Origin: a virus | Lineage: Duplodnaviria; Caudoviricetes | Virus record (IMG/VR): IMGVR_UViG_3300025018_000022 | Span: 1-47,560 of that record | DNA length: 47,560 nucleotides | Reading direction: 5' to 3' (one strand) | In this document: positions 9,083-19,559 of the stretch, piece after piece | Position numbering within the stretch: position 1 is the first letter of the stretch | How the letters are laid out: each line of letters begins with the position of its first letter | Position numbers and translations under genes: made by a program | Notes under the pieces: model-generated | Told to the model about the DNA's origin: nothing | What the model saw: only the letters and a program-made list of their open reading frames with translations | The model's database searches: none

Positions 9083-12000
9083 GTGGCAGACCCTCGTGAC
9101 TTCGAGTTAGAGGAGGCAGTTCCAGCTTCGGACTTTGAGCTCTTTGACTCCAAGAGGGTTGTTGAGCCTTCGGATGATCTGAAGGAAGCCTTCATCGCGC
9201 TCAAATCGGTAACTACCGGGGCTGGTGTGGACGAGATTCGTTCGCAGCTAGAAGGATTCCCTATCGCTCCTCTCGAAGGGGAAAGCCGGGCTAACGCTTT
9301 GGGTACCAGCGACCAGAAGACTAGGGTTGCCCTTATAGACCAGGTACAGCAGGCTGGGGACTCTGAAGAGATAAGACGCCTTGTCCTGCAGGCTGAGCTT
9401 GAGAAGGAAGACATCCAGTCTACTCTAGCCCCTGAAGTTTATGATGTAACTACCATGGCCCCAGGAGCTCTGTGGGACCGCAACAACAGGCAGCTTGCTG
9501 CCAGGCGGCAGAGCCTTGCTAAAATCTTGGATAAGGCTTACCAAGAGGCTGAGGTCTCCGTAGGGTCGGTTATCTGGGATGTTCTGGACCTTGTTCTTTC
9601 TGCTCCGCTGGATGGTCTTACCCTAGGTGGGTTTTCTCGTGTGGAAAAAGCACAAGAGATAAGGGATTTGATCGCGGATACCACTATCTCTGACGAGGAA
9701 TTCCAGGCTAGGGCCGGGGATGCTCTCAGAGAGATGGCAGATGCTGGCTGGCTGACTCAAGACAACTTTCTTTTCCTCACAGGAGGGATCGCTAACATAG
9801 CTGAAGGTGGACAGGGCTTCTCTTCTTTCCTTGAGCAGGCTGGAGGTGTTGCCGATTTGGTCGGTGGTGTTGGCTTGGCTTCCAGGTTGCTTAGGGGGGC
9901 CAAGAATTCTACTGCTTTGGTAGGTATTCTGTCTGGTTCTGGTGATGCAGAGAACGTACTCAGGGCTGCAGCCAAAAATCCTGACTCTGTAGAGAGTATT
10001 TCTGGTGGTGTAGCCCGTCAGACCAGCCCTTCTATCCTACGACACCCCGAAAATGGTGGGGTTGAGTTTGATTGGGTGGCTCCTGGGGCTAAAATTGCTA
10101 ACGAGCTAGCCACAGAGAACTCTTTCCTCAATTTTATCCAAGATTTGGCGTGGTCTAAGAACGTAAACATTGACAAACTACAGGAAGCTACCCCGGCATT
10201 GATGGAAAAGCTGGCTGACTCTGTGCTAAAGAAGCAGAGAACGTCTCTTCTTGATATTCTTCCCATCCAGACAGACAAGAGTGGTAACATTTTTGGTATT
10301 CTCCGCTTTGGCACCACTAAAGGGCATCCTTACAATAATCTTCAAAAGGCAGAGCAGCGAGCTAAAGAGCTTGATGGGCGAGTAAGGACTATTATTGTTG
10401 GGGGGGAAGAGAAGTTTGTTGTTGATGTGCAGAGAAACCTCAGTGGTGCTGGTCTGGTTGACCCTCTCAATCTCAACGAGATCAGCGACAATCTCCTAAG
10501 AGCCTTCAGCTCTACTTTCCTGTCTGTGCCTAACCGTCTCCGTGAACTTGCAGTAAGAGGGGAAAGTGTTGGGTCTATCGTCGCTGAAAAGGCCAGGTCA
10601 GTCTTCAAAGAGGCCCTGAAGGGGGTCAAGAAGGAAGAGGTAGAGGGGGTAGAAGCTATCTTCTACGAGATGAGGGACGGGGCTAAGTTTGCTGAGTCCC
10701 GGCAAGCTCTGTCTCTCCCTGAGTTCAGGTCTGAATGGTATAACAGATTCGAAACTACTCCTAGTCAGAAGACAGAAAACTTGTACCTTACAATTCAAGA
10801 GATGAACGATGCTGTCTACTTCTTGATTGCTGATCCTGTCTTTAAAGAATACGTTGATCGTGGCATCGAGATGCTCTCCCTCCGCTTTGTCCGAAAGACA
10901 AGAGAAGTGGATAACGTCTCTGTGCCTGTGCAGAAGGTAAACAGGGAGGAACTTCCTCCTGGCACTCTTGTTCACAACCCTATCTCTGGTGTTGACGAAG
11001 CAATCGAGAACGTAACCAAGAAAGACCAGGTATTCTCGGTTCCTGGTGGGTATGCTATTCAAGGTAAGAGGGCTAAGTATATCAGTGTAGAGTCTCCGTC
11101 CTTGCGCAGGGTGTATCACTCGGATGTTCTAGGCTATAACCCTGGTGGTCCTCGCGTCTATAGTACTGTAAATCACTACGTGAAGCAGGAGACAGAAATT
11201 CTGTTTACTGATGGTACCAGAGCTAAAGGTACTCCTAAGACTGTGATGGGTACGTTCTCAAGACAGCAGGCTGTGGCAGCAGTAGACGAGATGAATGAGC
11301 TGTTCAAGGGCCTCGGAAATCTTGTTGGCGGGTCTTTCGCAAAGATGCGGAAAGCTAACGCTATCGACGCTATAGCAGCTCTCAGGTCTACCCCTCTTGC
11401 AGAAGACCTTGTTGTTCGGCTGACCAAGTGGAACAAGAATATCGGTAGTATCGACGATCTTGTTGACTTTCTGCGTAAGCAAGAGATCGACCCGACCAAA
11501 CCATTCGGTGTGGCTGGTAAGGATGATCTACTAGCTCTACCAGATGAGGCTGGTGAACTCTCCTTTGGCCTTGGTCGCAGTAGCACGTTCGAAGATGGGT
11601 TTGTTCATTCTCTTAACTCCCCGAGGAATGGGCCTCGCAGGGATGAGCCTTTGCTAGCCTACGGTGGAGACTTTGCGGAGACTGTTTCTCCTATTCGTAC
11701 AATGCAGAACGATTTCCTCAAGGCTGTACACCAGCGTTCTTTCCAAGCCTTCAACCTTCAGGCGGTTAATGCTTGGTTGAAAGGTGCAGAGAAACATATC
11801 CAGAACCTTGTAGATATTCAAGGGCTGAGACCTTCTGCAAGGATGGCTCGGGCTGACTTTGGTCCTAACCCTTCTCCTGATGCCAGAAAATATATCGATG
11901 CTCGTAGTGCTATCCAGCGTACTCTTGGTGCCCGTAATGAGTCTGATATGAAGTGGGAAAAGATTGTACAGAGGGTCGCAGAGTTTGTATTTGATAAGGG

Positions 12001-13534
12001 TTTTGAGAGAATAGCTAGGGTAATCAACAACTCTGACTTTATCAAAAGCCCGTTCCAGTGGCTGAGGGCTATGGTCTTCCACGCCAGACTTGGGATGCTG
12101 GACCCAGCACAACTTATCGTCCAGAGTTCTCAGTCGTTTAATATTATGGCTATCTCTGGCAGGCCCTTTGAGTGGCTTCAGAATAGTGCTATGCACATTC
12201 CTCTTCGTCTCTCTCTTCTGACAGACGACCCAGCCAAGATTAACGAGGTTGCCCGCAGGGTTGCCCCCTTCATCGGTATGCAGCCTGAAGAGTTTGTCTC
12301 GTTTCGGCAGTGGGTGGTAGATAGTGGGAGGCTTAATGTAGGCTCGGAAGTTATCGAAGTCAACGCTACCTCGCTAAACCTTGCCAAGAGTATGGTTGGC
12401 CGGGCTGCTTCTGCCGGTCGTATATTCTTTGATGAGGGGGAAAAGTTCCCCAGGTCTGTGTCTCTCGCCACAGCTTGGAAAGAGTATAAGCGTAAATTTC
12501 CTACCTCTGATCCCTTTAGCGAGCACGGGCTGAACTGGATTAGCGGGAGGAGTGACACTCTCACTAATGGCATGACCAGGGCGTCCTCCGCTCCTTGGCA
12601 GAAGGGTCCTCTTAGTGTCCCCCTCCAGTTTATGACCTACTCTGCCCGTATGATGGAGGCTCTCTTTGTTGGGGGTGGCAATGTTCTAACCAGAAACGAG
12701 AGGATTCGTCTTGGGCTGGCCCAAGTTGCCTTCTGGGGTGCTAGCGGTCTTGGTATTCGGCACTTTACCGATCAGTACTTCCTGAACCAAGGCATCGAAC
12801 TAGACGATACTCAGTACACCCTTGTCAGCTACGGTGTGCTGGATGCTCTACTGCAGGCTAGCACAGGCACACAGGCTGTCTTTGGTGGTCGTATCGCTTT
12901 TGCTGAAGGCTTTACCCAGCTTGTGCAGGATATGCACGAGAAGACCTTGTTTGAGGTTATCGGTGGGCCTGGGGGGCAGCTAGTCGGTGATGTTGGCCAG
13001 TCTGTGATGGAAGGATTTGTCAACATGGTGAACGGAAGGTTCTCTCTTGCTGACAACGACCTGACCAAGTTCCTCCGCAACTTCACTACAGGTAACAAAG
13101 CGTATAATGCTTGGATGATGTTTACTGTTGGTGACTACCTGAGCAGGAATGAGGATGTTATCCTTTCCGGGGTGACAGATACGGACGCCTTACTGCACAT
13201 CCTTGGTGGTCAGCTAAGAGACGCCAACATCGCTTTCTCCAGGCTAGAGCTTATGAAGGGGCAAGACGAGTTCCTGAAGAAGCACGGCCAGCGCATCAAG
13301 GTAATGATGAACGAGGCCAGGAAGGCTACTGCTGAGGAGAGGTGGGACGACGTAGACGAGTTGTCTGGCCAGATTTCTATGGCAATCGGAATTCTTCCGG
13401 TGTGGCAGAGGGAAAAGGTTATCAACTTTCTCCGCCCTGACTTTGATAGTCTTGGCGTGGATATGTTCAATAAAGCTGTTATTGACCGCAGAGGCTCTTG
13501 GCTCTCTGGATTTAAAGAAGAGGAAGATAGGTAA
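9083..13534 (+). CDS. Large internal virion protein (1483 aa)
   Basis: Largest ORF, helical composition, located in the ejectosome module. GTG start. Confidence 0.75.
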   Translation: MADPRDFELEEAVPASDFELFDSKRVVEPSDDLKEAFIALKSVTTGAGVDEIRSQLEGFPIAPLEGESRANALGTSDQKTRVALIDQVQQAGDSEEIRRLVLQAELEKEDIQSTLAPEVYDVTTMAPGALWDRNNRQLAARRQSLAKILDKAYQEAEVSVGSVIWDVLDLVLSAPLDGLTLGGFSRVEKAQEIRDLIADTTISDEEFQARAGDALREMADAGWLTQDNFLFLTGGIANIAEGGQGFSSFLEQAGGVADLVGGVGLASRLLRGAKNSTALVGILSGSGDAENVLRAAAKNPDSVESISGGVARQTSPSILRHPENGGVEFDWVAPGAKIANELATENSFLNFIQDLAWSKNVNIDKLQEATPALMEKLADSVLKKQRTSLLDILPIQTDKSGNIFGILRFGTTKGHPYNNLQKAEQRAKELDGRVRTIIVGGEEKFVVDVQRNLSGAGLVDPLNLNEISDNLLRAFSSTFLSVPNRLRELAVRGESVGSIVAEKARSVFKEALKGVKKEEVEGVEAIFYEMRDGAKFAESRQALSLPEFRSEWYNRFETTPSQKTENLYLTIQEMNDAVYFLIADPVFKEYVDRGIEMLSLRFVRKTREVDNVSVPVQKVNREELPPGTLVHNPISGVDEAIENVTKKDQVFSVPGGYAIQGKRAKYISVESPSLRRVYHSDVLGYNPGGPRVYSTVNHYVKQETEILFTDGTRAKGTPKTVMGTFSRQQAVAAVDEMNELFKGLGNLVGGSFAKMRKANAIDAIAALRSTPLAEDLVVRLTKWNKNIGSIDDLVDFLRKQEIDPTKPFGVAGKDDLLALPDEAGELSFGLGRSSTFEDGFVHSLNSPRNGPRRDEPLLAYGGDFAETVSPIRTMQNDFLKAVHQRSFQAFNLQAVNAWLKGAEKHIQNLVDIQGLRPSARMARADFGPNPSPDARKYIDARSAIQRTLGARNESDMKWEKIVQRVAEFVFDKGFERIARVINNSDFIKSPFQWLRAMVFHARLGMLDPAQLIVQSSQSFNIMAISGRPFEWLQNSAMHIPLRLSLLTDDPAKINEVARRVAPFIGMQPEEFVSFRQWVVDSGRLNVGSEVIEVNATSLNLAKSMVGRAASAGRIFFDEGEKFPRSVSLATAWKEYKRKFPTSDPFSEHGLNWISGRSDTLTNGMTRASSAPWQKGPLSVPLQFMTYSARMMEALFVGGGNVLTRNERIRLGLAQVAFWGASGLGIRHFTDQYFLNQGIELDDTQYTLVSYGVLDALLQASTGTQAVFGGRIAFAEGFTQLVQDMHEKTLFEVIGGPGGQLVGDVGQSVMEGFVNMVNGRFSLADNDLTKFLRNFTTGNKAYNAWMMFTVGDYLSRNEDVILSGVTDTDALLHILGGQLRDANIAFSRLELMKGQDEFLKKHGQRIKVMMNEARKATAEERWDDVDELSGQISMAIGILPVWQREKVINFLRPDFDSLGVDMFNKAVIDRRGSWLSGFKEEEDR

Positions 13535-15879
13535 TGGCGGGTCTTTTCGCTCCTGAACTCGGTGGGATTAACTCGGCTGCCAGAGATACTATTATCCCTG
13601 ATAGCCCCCTGAATGTTGCTACCAATCTGGTTAATACTGCTACCTCGTTTCTAGGCTCTCGTGGTGGGGCAGAGAAAGAAAATAAAGATGAAAGGGATAA
13701 CCGCATCCTCCGCCCTATCGCTGAGGAGTACCAGAGGTTGTCTGATCTTAGGTCTAATGGTGGAATTTCAGAGACTGCCTTCAAGGCTGAGCTGAACCAG
13801 AAGACCTCTTCTTTCTTGGTTGAGCACCCTGAGTTGAGGAACGATATCCTTGACTTGGGAGGAGACATCACCAAGGTAGAGCTAGGTGTTAGGGATGTTA
13901 ACGCTATAGATGAAATCTCTAACGTGATCAACGAATCTTTCAAGACTGATCCTATTCTCACATCTCAACTAAACACTATCCTTCTCGCTTCTCGTGATCC
14001 AAAGACAGGAGAGATTAACGCAGAGGTAGCTCAGCAGATGATGAACCGGGCCTTCTTCGAGAACCAAGCCAGGGCGGCTTCTATCGCTCTTAACAACCAA
14101 GAACTCGAAGCTCTGGAAAAGCAGAACAAGTTGAAGGATGCCAGAGCACTACAGATTCTTGATGATGTTACTGCAGACCAGAGCAAAAGGGCCAGAGAGC
14201 ACGTGTCTGGACTGTGGGGCTCTGTCGCCTTGACTGGTAACACTTCTGTTGACGCAGTGACTGCGAAGACTGAGCTACTCAAACTAAAGGCCCAAGCCGC
14301 TGCTCAGTTTGAAGCAGAAGCAAGGGCTGGTGGTCTATTTCGTCTTGAGGGTTACAGCCTGGAAAAAATCCTGCGCCCTTACGATGATGCTTTGGTTGTT
14401 ATCGACGCTACAATTCAAGAGCCTGAGAAACTGAATGAGATTCTGAGGGCTCAGAACAGTGTTAAGGTTATTGAGTCGCTGAACAAGTTCGGTCTTCCTG
14501 CTACCCCTGAGACTCTGGAGATGTTTGGTCAGTGGATCGCTCACAACAAGGTGGGTACTATGGGCAGGGTTGTGGATGATCTAACTACTACCTTGCAGGG
14601 TCGGTCTGTCCAGCTTGACACACCTGAGTCTCCCGAGGTATTCACTCTGGAGGGGGATATCAACGCAGAGGCTGTATCCGCTGCCAAGAGTATGACTCCT
14701 GAGATGAAGAAGGCTAAGGTTAACAGCGTAAACAAGATGATTGAAATCTACGGTGCCTCTACGGATGTGAACAACCAAGAGCAGCGTGTGATGATTGCTA
14801 AGGAGTTTGGAAAAGCTATCGCTGTGATGATGAGCGAAGACAAGATTATGGGTGGCACCACCTTCGACGCTACCTACAACGACAAGTTCATCTCTGCATA
14901 CAGCAAGATTACCGCCGCAGATACCGATGAGTCTCGTGCCTTCCAGAACAACGTGGCCACTCATCTTTCGTCTACCATTCTGGGGGTCAAAAATCGTATT
15001 GACCAGACCATCCAGAACGAGTTCTCGGAGTTCTTCTCTGGTTCAAAGGTGGATGGGGAAAACGGAAAATTCAAGGTTACACTAGGCGAGGCTTCTTCTC
15101 CGAGGGGAGAGCAAATCCTTCTGGCACTGAAGGAGAAGGGCCTGGAGGCTACGACTGCTGGAGTTAGGGAGCTTCTTAAGGACAGAACCTTCAACGTAGG
15201 CACTAATCCCGCTGCCTCTACTGCTAAGGAGATCGCTGGACTTGTTGTCAAAGACCTTGAGTATGTAAACAGGGTGGCTGCCTTCGCTTCTCGTCTACCT
15301 GGACAGGAGCCTATCATCCCAGCCTCGTTCACCACAAATCCAGACCCTGCTAGTACTCCACCCGAAGACAAGAGAATTTCACAGGAGGACTCTGAGGTGC
15401 TTGTCAAAGACGTGCTGAACTTTATCGGCTCCAAGGAAGCACCCAGGGGGTATGTTGACTACTTCCGTGGGGTTACTGTAAAGCCACCTAAGCTTCTGAC
15501 AGAGATGACTATCAACGAAGTTCTGGACTGGCAGGTTGAGGCTAATCCTCCGGGTCCGGGTACAGCAGCTGCTGGTAAATACCAGATTATCAACAAGACT
15601 CTTAAGGATTTGGTTGACAAAGCTGGGCTTACTGGTGAGGAGTTGTTTAACGAGGAGACTCAGGATAGGCTAGCCATGATCCTCCTCAAGAGGAGAGGTC
15701 TGGATAAGTTCTTGGCTGGTAGTATTACCCAAGAGCAGTTCGCCAACAACCTCGCTAAGGAATGGGCATCCCTACCTGTTGTTTCTGGGGCTAAGAAGGG
15801 TAAGTCCTTCTTCGACGGAGACGGGATTAACAACGCACAAGCCTCAGTAGAAGAAGTTCTCGGACTTCTAGAGCTTTAA
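13534..15879 (+). CDS. Internal virion protein with C-terminal lambda-lysozyme-like muramidase domain
   Basis: After a Pro-rich linker: FIGSKE..GY, TINEVLDWQ, AAGKYQII..TL, QDRLA..LL..RG and LAKEWASLP motifs. Confidence 0.8.
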   Translation: MAGLFAPELGGINSAARDTIIPDSPLNVATNLVNTATSFLGSRGGAEKENKDERDNRILRPIAEEYQRLSDLRSNGGISETAFKAELNQKTSSFLVEHPELRNDILDLGGDITKVELGVRDVNAIDEISNVINESFKTDPILTSQLNTILLASRDPKTGEINAEVAQQMMNRAFFENQARAASIALNNQELEALEKQNKLKDARALQILDDVTADQSKRAREHVSGLWGSVALTGNTSVDAVTAKTELLKLKAQAAAQFEAEARAGGLFRLEGYSLEKILRPYDDALVVIDATIQEPEKLNEILRAQNSVKVIESLNKFGLPATPETLEMFGQWIAHNKVGTMGRVVDDLTTTLQGRSVQLDTPESPEVFTLEGDINAEAVSAAKSMTPEMKKAKVNSVNKMIEIYGASTDVNNQEQRVMIAKEFGKAIAVMMSEDKIMGGTTFDATYNDKFISAYSKITAADTDESRAFQNNVATHLSSTILGVKNRIDQTIQNEFSEFFSGSKVDGENGKFKVTLGEASSPRGEQILLALKEKGLEATTAGVRELLKDRTFNVGTNPAASTAKEIAGLVVKDLEYVNRVAAFASRLPGQEPIIPASFTTNPDPASTPPEDKRISQEDSEVLVKDVLNFIGSKEAPRGYVDYFRGVTVKPPKLLTEMTINEVLDWQVEANPPGPGTAAAGKYQIINKTLKDLVDKAGLTGEELFNEETQDRLAMILLKRRGLDKFLAGSITQEQFANNLAKEWASLPVVSGAKKGKSFFDGDGINNAQASVEEVLGLLEL

Positions 15880-15897
15880 TCATAAGGAGATACAATT

Positions 15898-16251
15898 ATG
15901 GCTACTCTTGCTGTTACTGCTACCCGTAAGGGAGCTTGGCTAACCTTCACTTGGGCTGCTGCTACTGGCGCGACAGATACTTTCACCCCTGTATACGTGA
16001 ACGAGAATATCTCTGACGTCTTTATCGAGGCTAGTGGTACCTTTGATGGTTCTGCTGTCACCTTGAACGGGTATGTTACAACCTCTACTGCAGCCTCCGC
16101 TCTGGTGGATACCGATGGTACCGCTATCTCGTTTGCTGCTGCCGGTTCTAAGGCTATCCGAGAGGTGTGGCCGTGGTTCCAGCCTGTGACTGACGCTGTT
16201 GGTACCACCGAGGCTATCGTGGTTACTATCTACGCCAAGGTGGTGAAGTAA
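15898..16251 (+). CDS. Virion structural protein
   Basis: TAAGGAG SD. Thr/Ala-rich beta protein with SGTF.G..VTL.G motif. Confidence 0.65.
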   Translation: MATLAVTATRKGAWLTFTWAAATGATDTFTPVYVNENISDVFIEASGTFDGSAVTLNGYVTTSTAASALVDTDGTAISFAAAGSKAIREVWPWFQPVTDAVGTTEAIVVTIYAKVVK

Positions 16252-17760
16252 ATGAGGTATCGAGGGCCGGTATCCTGGGGAAACCACAGGTACATAGATG
16301 GTGGGGGCAACGGTCTAGACCCAGCGGTTGTTGAGGAAATTGACGTTGCTGCTTTCGCTGGGAGCGCAACCATCGATATTACCACAGTTGACGGCATCGC
16401 TGTTGACCAGTTCACCCACATCCAGATTTCGCTGGTGGACTTGGTTCGGTCGACGACTGGTTCGCAAATGGAGATGGAACTTCGCCGCCAGGGTGGCTCA
16501 TTCACCGATGAAAACTACAGATGGCAGAGCACTTCTAGCTTAAATGTAAACCCGGTTACAGGAGACTTCGAGCTTACGGATAATACCGGGGTAACCACAC
16601 AAGATTCCATTATTTTTCTGTCGTCGGTCAACCAGCCATGCCCAACAACTATCAAGGCATCTAATCTTAGGGTAGGAGAGTCAGTCCCAGCCTTTCACCA
16701 GGGTCTGACTACAGGTGCTTTCGTCCACGATGCAATCCGGTTCATCGCTGGTGCGTCGGCAACTTGGGTCTCCGGCACCATAGTCATTACCGGGTATCGT
16801 TGCAAGGTGGGGGCACTATATACCACAGCGTTCTCGGGTCAGAGCGAGGTGTTGATCGACTTGGCACCAGGTGAGGTCATCGCAGATGTGGCGTTCTCGA
16901 ATGTCGGTCTGTCGGCGGCGGTGAATGTCAACATCACAGTCGGCACCGGGGACAGCTATGTTACTTCCGGCTACAGGTTTTCAGTTCTTGACTCCATCGG
17001 GACAGGAACAGGGACCGCACCCAGCATTACTGTCCTGTCGTCTGGCGGCGCTGCTGCGGCATCCTACGGTCTCATGCAGTTCTACAACCTGCAAACCGCC
17101 GCGCCTGTCTGCGCGCAGGGCCAGAATTTGCAGGCGGACGGAACCGATACGAGCGTACAAGATATCCGCTCGTTTATCTTGCCCGGTACCACTGCGTATG
17201 ACCAGCTTCGAGTTGCTACAACTTCAGGCACCCTCAACTCCGGCACGCTCTACATCCAGACTTATAAGCCACGACGGACCATCCTCAAGGCGCAGGACCT
17301 GACAGGATTCGGCGCGGCAAATGTTGATGTGACCGGTCTGAAGAAAAACAACGCATCATTAATCGTGGTGGCAAGTACGGATGCGGCGACGGCGACGAAT
17401 TCGAGCCAGTCAAATGTGCAGTTCGGCACCAACAGCGGTTTCGACGCCGGGGCGTCGGATTACCGGGACCTCAGTGTTGATGAGGGATTCGATAATGTAT
17501 TTCTTGGGGGTGGAGTGGGGATCACCGACTTTGTAAGTGGTGGTAGAACTGGGAAGGCCACACTGGTGGTGATTGCCGGACTTCCACAGAATACCCAGAC
17601 GCAGGTTATCCTGGCACAGGACATGACCAACGGCCTCACTAGTGCGGTTTTGGCCCATTCCGGTAGGCGCAACGCCACCCAGGTAGAGAACCGGCTGCGG
17701 GTGCTTACCGTAGAAAATTTCTCTGCTGGAACTCTTTATTTTGTAGGGTATAGTTTGTAG
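16252..17760 (+). CDS. Fibre/adhesin-like protein with three tandem ~150-aa domains
   Basis: Three segments ending SGTIVITGY, SGTLYIQTY and AGTLYFVGY. Last gene of the late arm. Confidence 0.65.
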   Translation: MRYRGPVSWGNHRYIDGGGNGLDPAVVEEIDVAAFAGSATIDITTVDGIAVDQFTHIQISLVDLVRSTTGSQMEMELRRQGGSFTDENYRWQSTSSLNVNPVTGDFELTDNTGVTTQDSIIFLSSVNQPCPTTIKASNLRVGESVPAFHQGLTTGAFVHDAIRFIAGASATWVSGTIVITGYRCKVGALYTTAFSGQSEVLIDLAPGEVIADVAFSNVGLSAAVNVNITVGTGDSYVTSGYRFSVLDSIGTGTGTAPSITVLSSGGAAAASYGLMQFYNLQTAAPVCAQGQNLQADGTDTSVQDIRSFILPGTTAYDQLRVATTSGTLNSGTLYIQTYKPRRTILKAQDLTGFGAANVDVTGLKKNNASLIVVASTDAATATNSSQSNVQFGTNSGFDAGASDYRDLSVDEGFDNVFLGGGVGITDFVSGGRTGKATLVVIAGLPQNTQTQVILAQDMTNGLTSAVLAHSGRRNATQVENRLRVLTVENFSAGTLYFVGYSL

Positions 17761-17763
17761 CCT

Positions 17764-17794
17764 AAAAGAAAAGGGGAGCCGAAGCCCCCCTCTC
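17764..17794 (-). terminator. Intrinsic terminator between the convergent arms (probably bidirectional)
   Basis: Minus strand GGGGGGC-TTCG-GCTCCCC-TTTTCTTTT. The plus side has a weaker TCTCT tail. Confidence 0.85.
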
Positions 17795-17798
17795 TAGT

Positions 17799-19559
17799 CT
17801 AATCGCAGGTCCTGTTACCCTGCTCATCTATAAAACAAGCGCCTCCTGTTTCGGCTGGGGGCGTTTTCTTTTGCATTACACCCTCCCTCTTACCACCGTA
17901 TTCAGCAGGTCGGAAGGTAGTAAGGCCACTAGCTCCCCCACTAAAGGCTTGGAGGTAGATATCCTTGAACTCGGAGAAGGTTACCCCAGGGCCTACGTTG
18001 CATGTCTTAGAAACACTAGAGTCAACAAGAGAAGAACACAACTTCAGAACCTCAACATGATCTTCTAGCGAGCATTCATCGCTGCTAACACCACGAACAC
18101 CGTACTTACCCTCAGCATAGTCCACAAGATTGAAAGAGCTAACACTACCATCAGGGTTATAGATGTTACGACTATATCCACCACTTGTAAAGGGGGGTTC
18201 GATACCAGAAGAAATATTTCCAGCAGCGAGGCTGATACTACCAGTAGGGGCAATGCTAAGTAGGTGGCTATTCCTGATACCATTCTTCATAATCTCCGAC
18301 TTGATGTCCTGAGGGAGGGTGTGGATAAAGGAATTGTTCCCAATCTCAGGCCAGTAAGTGTAGTACTCAGGGGAGAACAGGCTAAACGGCCCCTTCTCTG
18401 CAGCAAGCTCTACAGAAGAAAGGTATGCTGTGTCCCTTAGTAGCATCAATACTAATTCTGTGAACTCCAGCATCCCTTCTGAGCCGTAGGGGTGTCCAAG
18501 GATTTCAGCAGTGTTAGCAAGTCCCGTGATGCCGAGACCCATCCTTCTTTTACTCTTTGCCTCTCGCTCTTGCTCATGTAGAGGGTAGATGGCGCGATCC
18601 ACAACGTTATCCATAGCACGTACCACTGCGGGAATGTCATGCTTGAATTTCTCCCAGTTAAAATGGTAAGAGGTTTTGGCTATACCATCGTATTGGCCAT
18701 AGATATACTTAGTCAGATTAAACGAGCCGAGAAGACAGGCACCGTAAGGAGGGAGGGGTTGTTCACCGCACGGATTGGTGGCCCTGATAGACTCACAATA
18801 CCAGAGATTATTTTTCCTGTTGATGGTGTCAAGGAAGAGCACTCCGGGTTCGGCGTAGTCCCATGTGGATCGCATAATTTCATCCCACAGGTTTCTAGCT
18901 CGTATTGTTTGGTAGACCCGTCCTCCAAAAGAAAGGTTAAAGCTAGAGTCATCCTCCACTGCTCGCATGAATTCATCAGTAACTCCGACTGATACGTTGA
19001 AGTTAGTCAGTCTTCCTGGTTCTCTTTTGGCCCGAATGAAATGTCGGATATCCGGGTGGTCCACCCGAAGAACAGCCATTTGAGCGCCTCTACGATGCCC
19101 AGCAGAAGCAATAGTTGCACAACCAGCATCAAACATATCCATAAAACCCCTATGACGGTGCTGGTCGCCCACGGGTCCACAACTACTGCTGTCCAAAGAA
19201 CGTATGAGTTCGCCAGAAGGGCGTAGAGTACTAAAATCATAACCAATCCCACCACCGAGACGCATCGTCTGTAGAGCGTCGCGATGCGCATCAAGAATAC
19301 CGGCCATAGAATCTTCAATCGTACGCGAAACATAGCAGTTGTAAGGTGTAGTCTCACGAACAGCCCCAACCGCAACCTGAATACGGCCTGCCGGAAGGAA
19401 TCTCTGATCCAGTAAGGCATCTCTGAACTCCCTGAAGTGGTGCTCCGAGTCCTGTAGAGCACCAGCGATACGTGTCATCCCCTCTTCAAAGGACTCTCCT
19501 GCCTGAAGATACTTAGTACGGTAGACAAAGTCTGAAACTTCTTTATTCTGGTGTTGCAA
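17799..19559 (-). CDS. nrdJ: Class II (adenosylcobalamin-dependent) ribonucleotide reductase
   Basis: FLPAGR, TPYNC, GGGIG.DFS.LRP, RRGAQM, TNPCGEQ, IAPTG motifs and a C-terminal Cys pair. No beta-subunit gene is present. Confidence 0.88.
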   Translation of the reverse strand: MQHQNKEVSDFVYRTKYLQAGESFEEGMTRIAGALQDSEHHFREFRDALLDQRFLPAGRIQVAVGAVRETTPYNCYVSRTIEDSMAGILDAHRDALQTMRLGGGIGYDFSTLRPSGELIRSLDSSSCGPVGDQHRHRGFMDMFDAGCATIASAGHRRGAQMAVLRVDHPDIRHFIRAKREPGRLTNFNVSVGVTDEFMRAVEDDSSFNLSFGGRVYQTIRARNLWDEIMRSTWDYAEPGVLFLDTINRKNNLWYCESIRATNPCGEQPLPPYGACLLGSFNLTKYIYGQYDGIAKTSYHFNWEKFKHDIPAVVRAMDNVVDRAIYPLHEQEREAKSKRRMGLGITGLANTAEILGHPYGSEGMLEFTELVLMLLRDTAYLSSVELAAEKGPFSLFSPEYYTYWPEIGNNSFIHTLPQDIKSEIMKNGIRNSHLLSIAPTGSISLAAGNISSGIEPPFTSGGYSRNIYNPDGSVSSFNLVDYAEGKYGVRGVSSDECSLEDHVEVLKLCSSLVDSSVSKTCNVGPGVTFSEFKDIYLQAFSGGASGLTTFRPAEYGGKREGVMQKKTPPAETGGACFIDEQGNRTCD

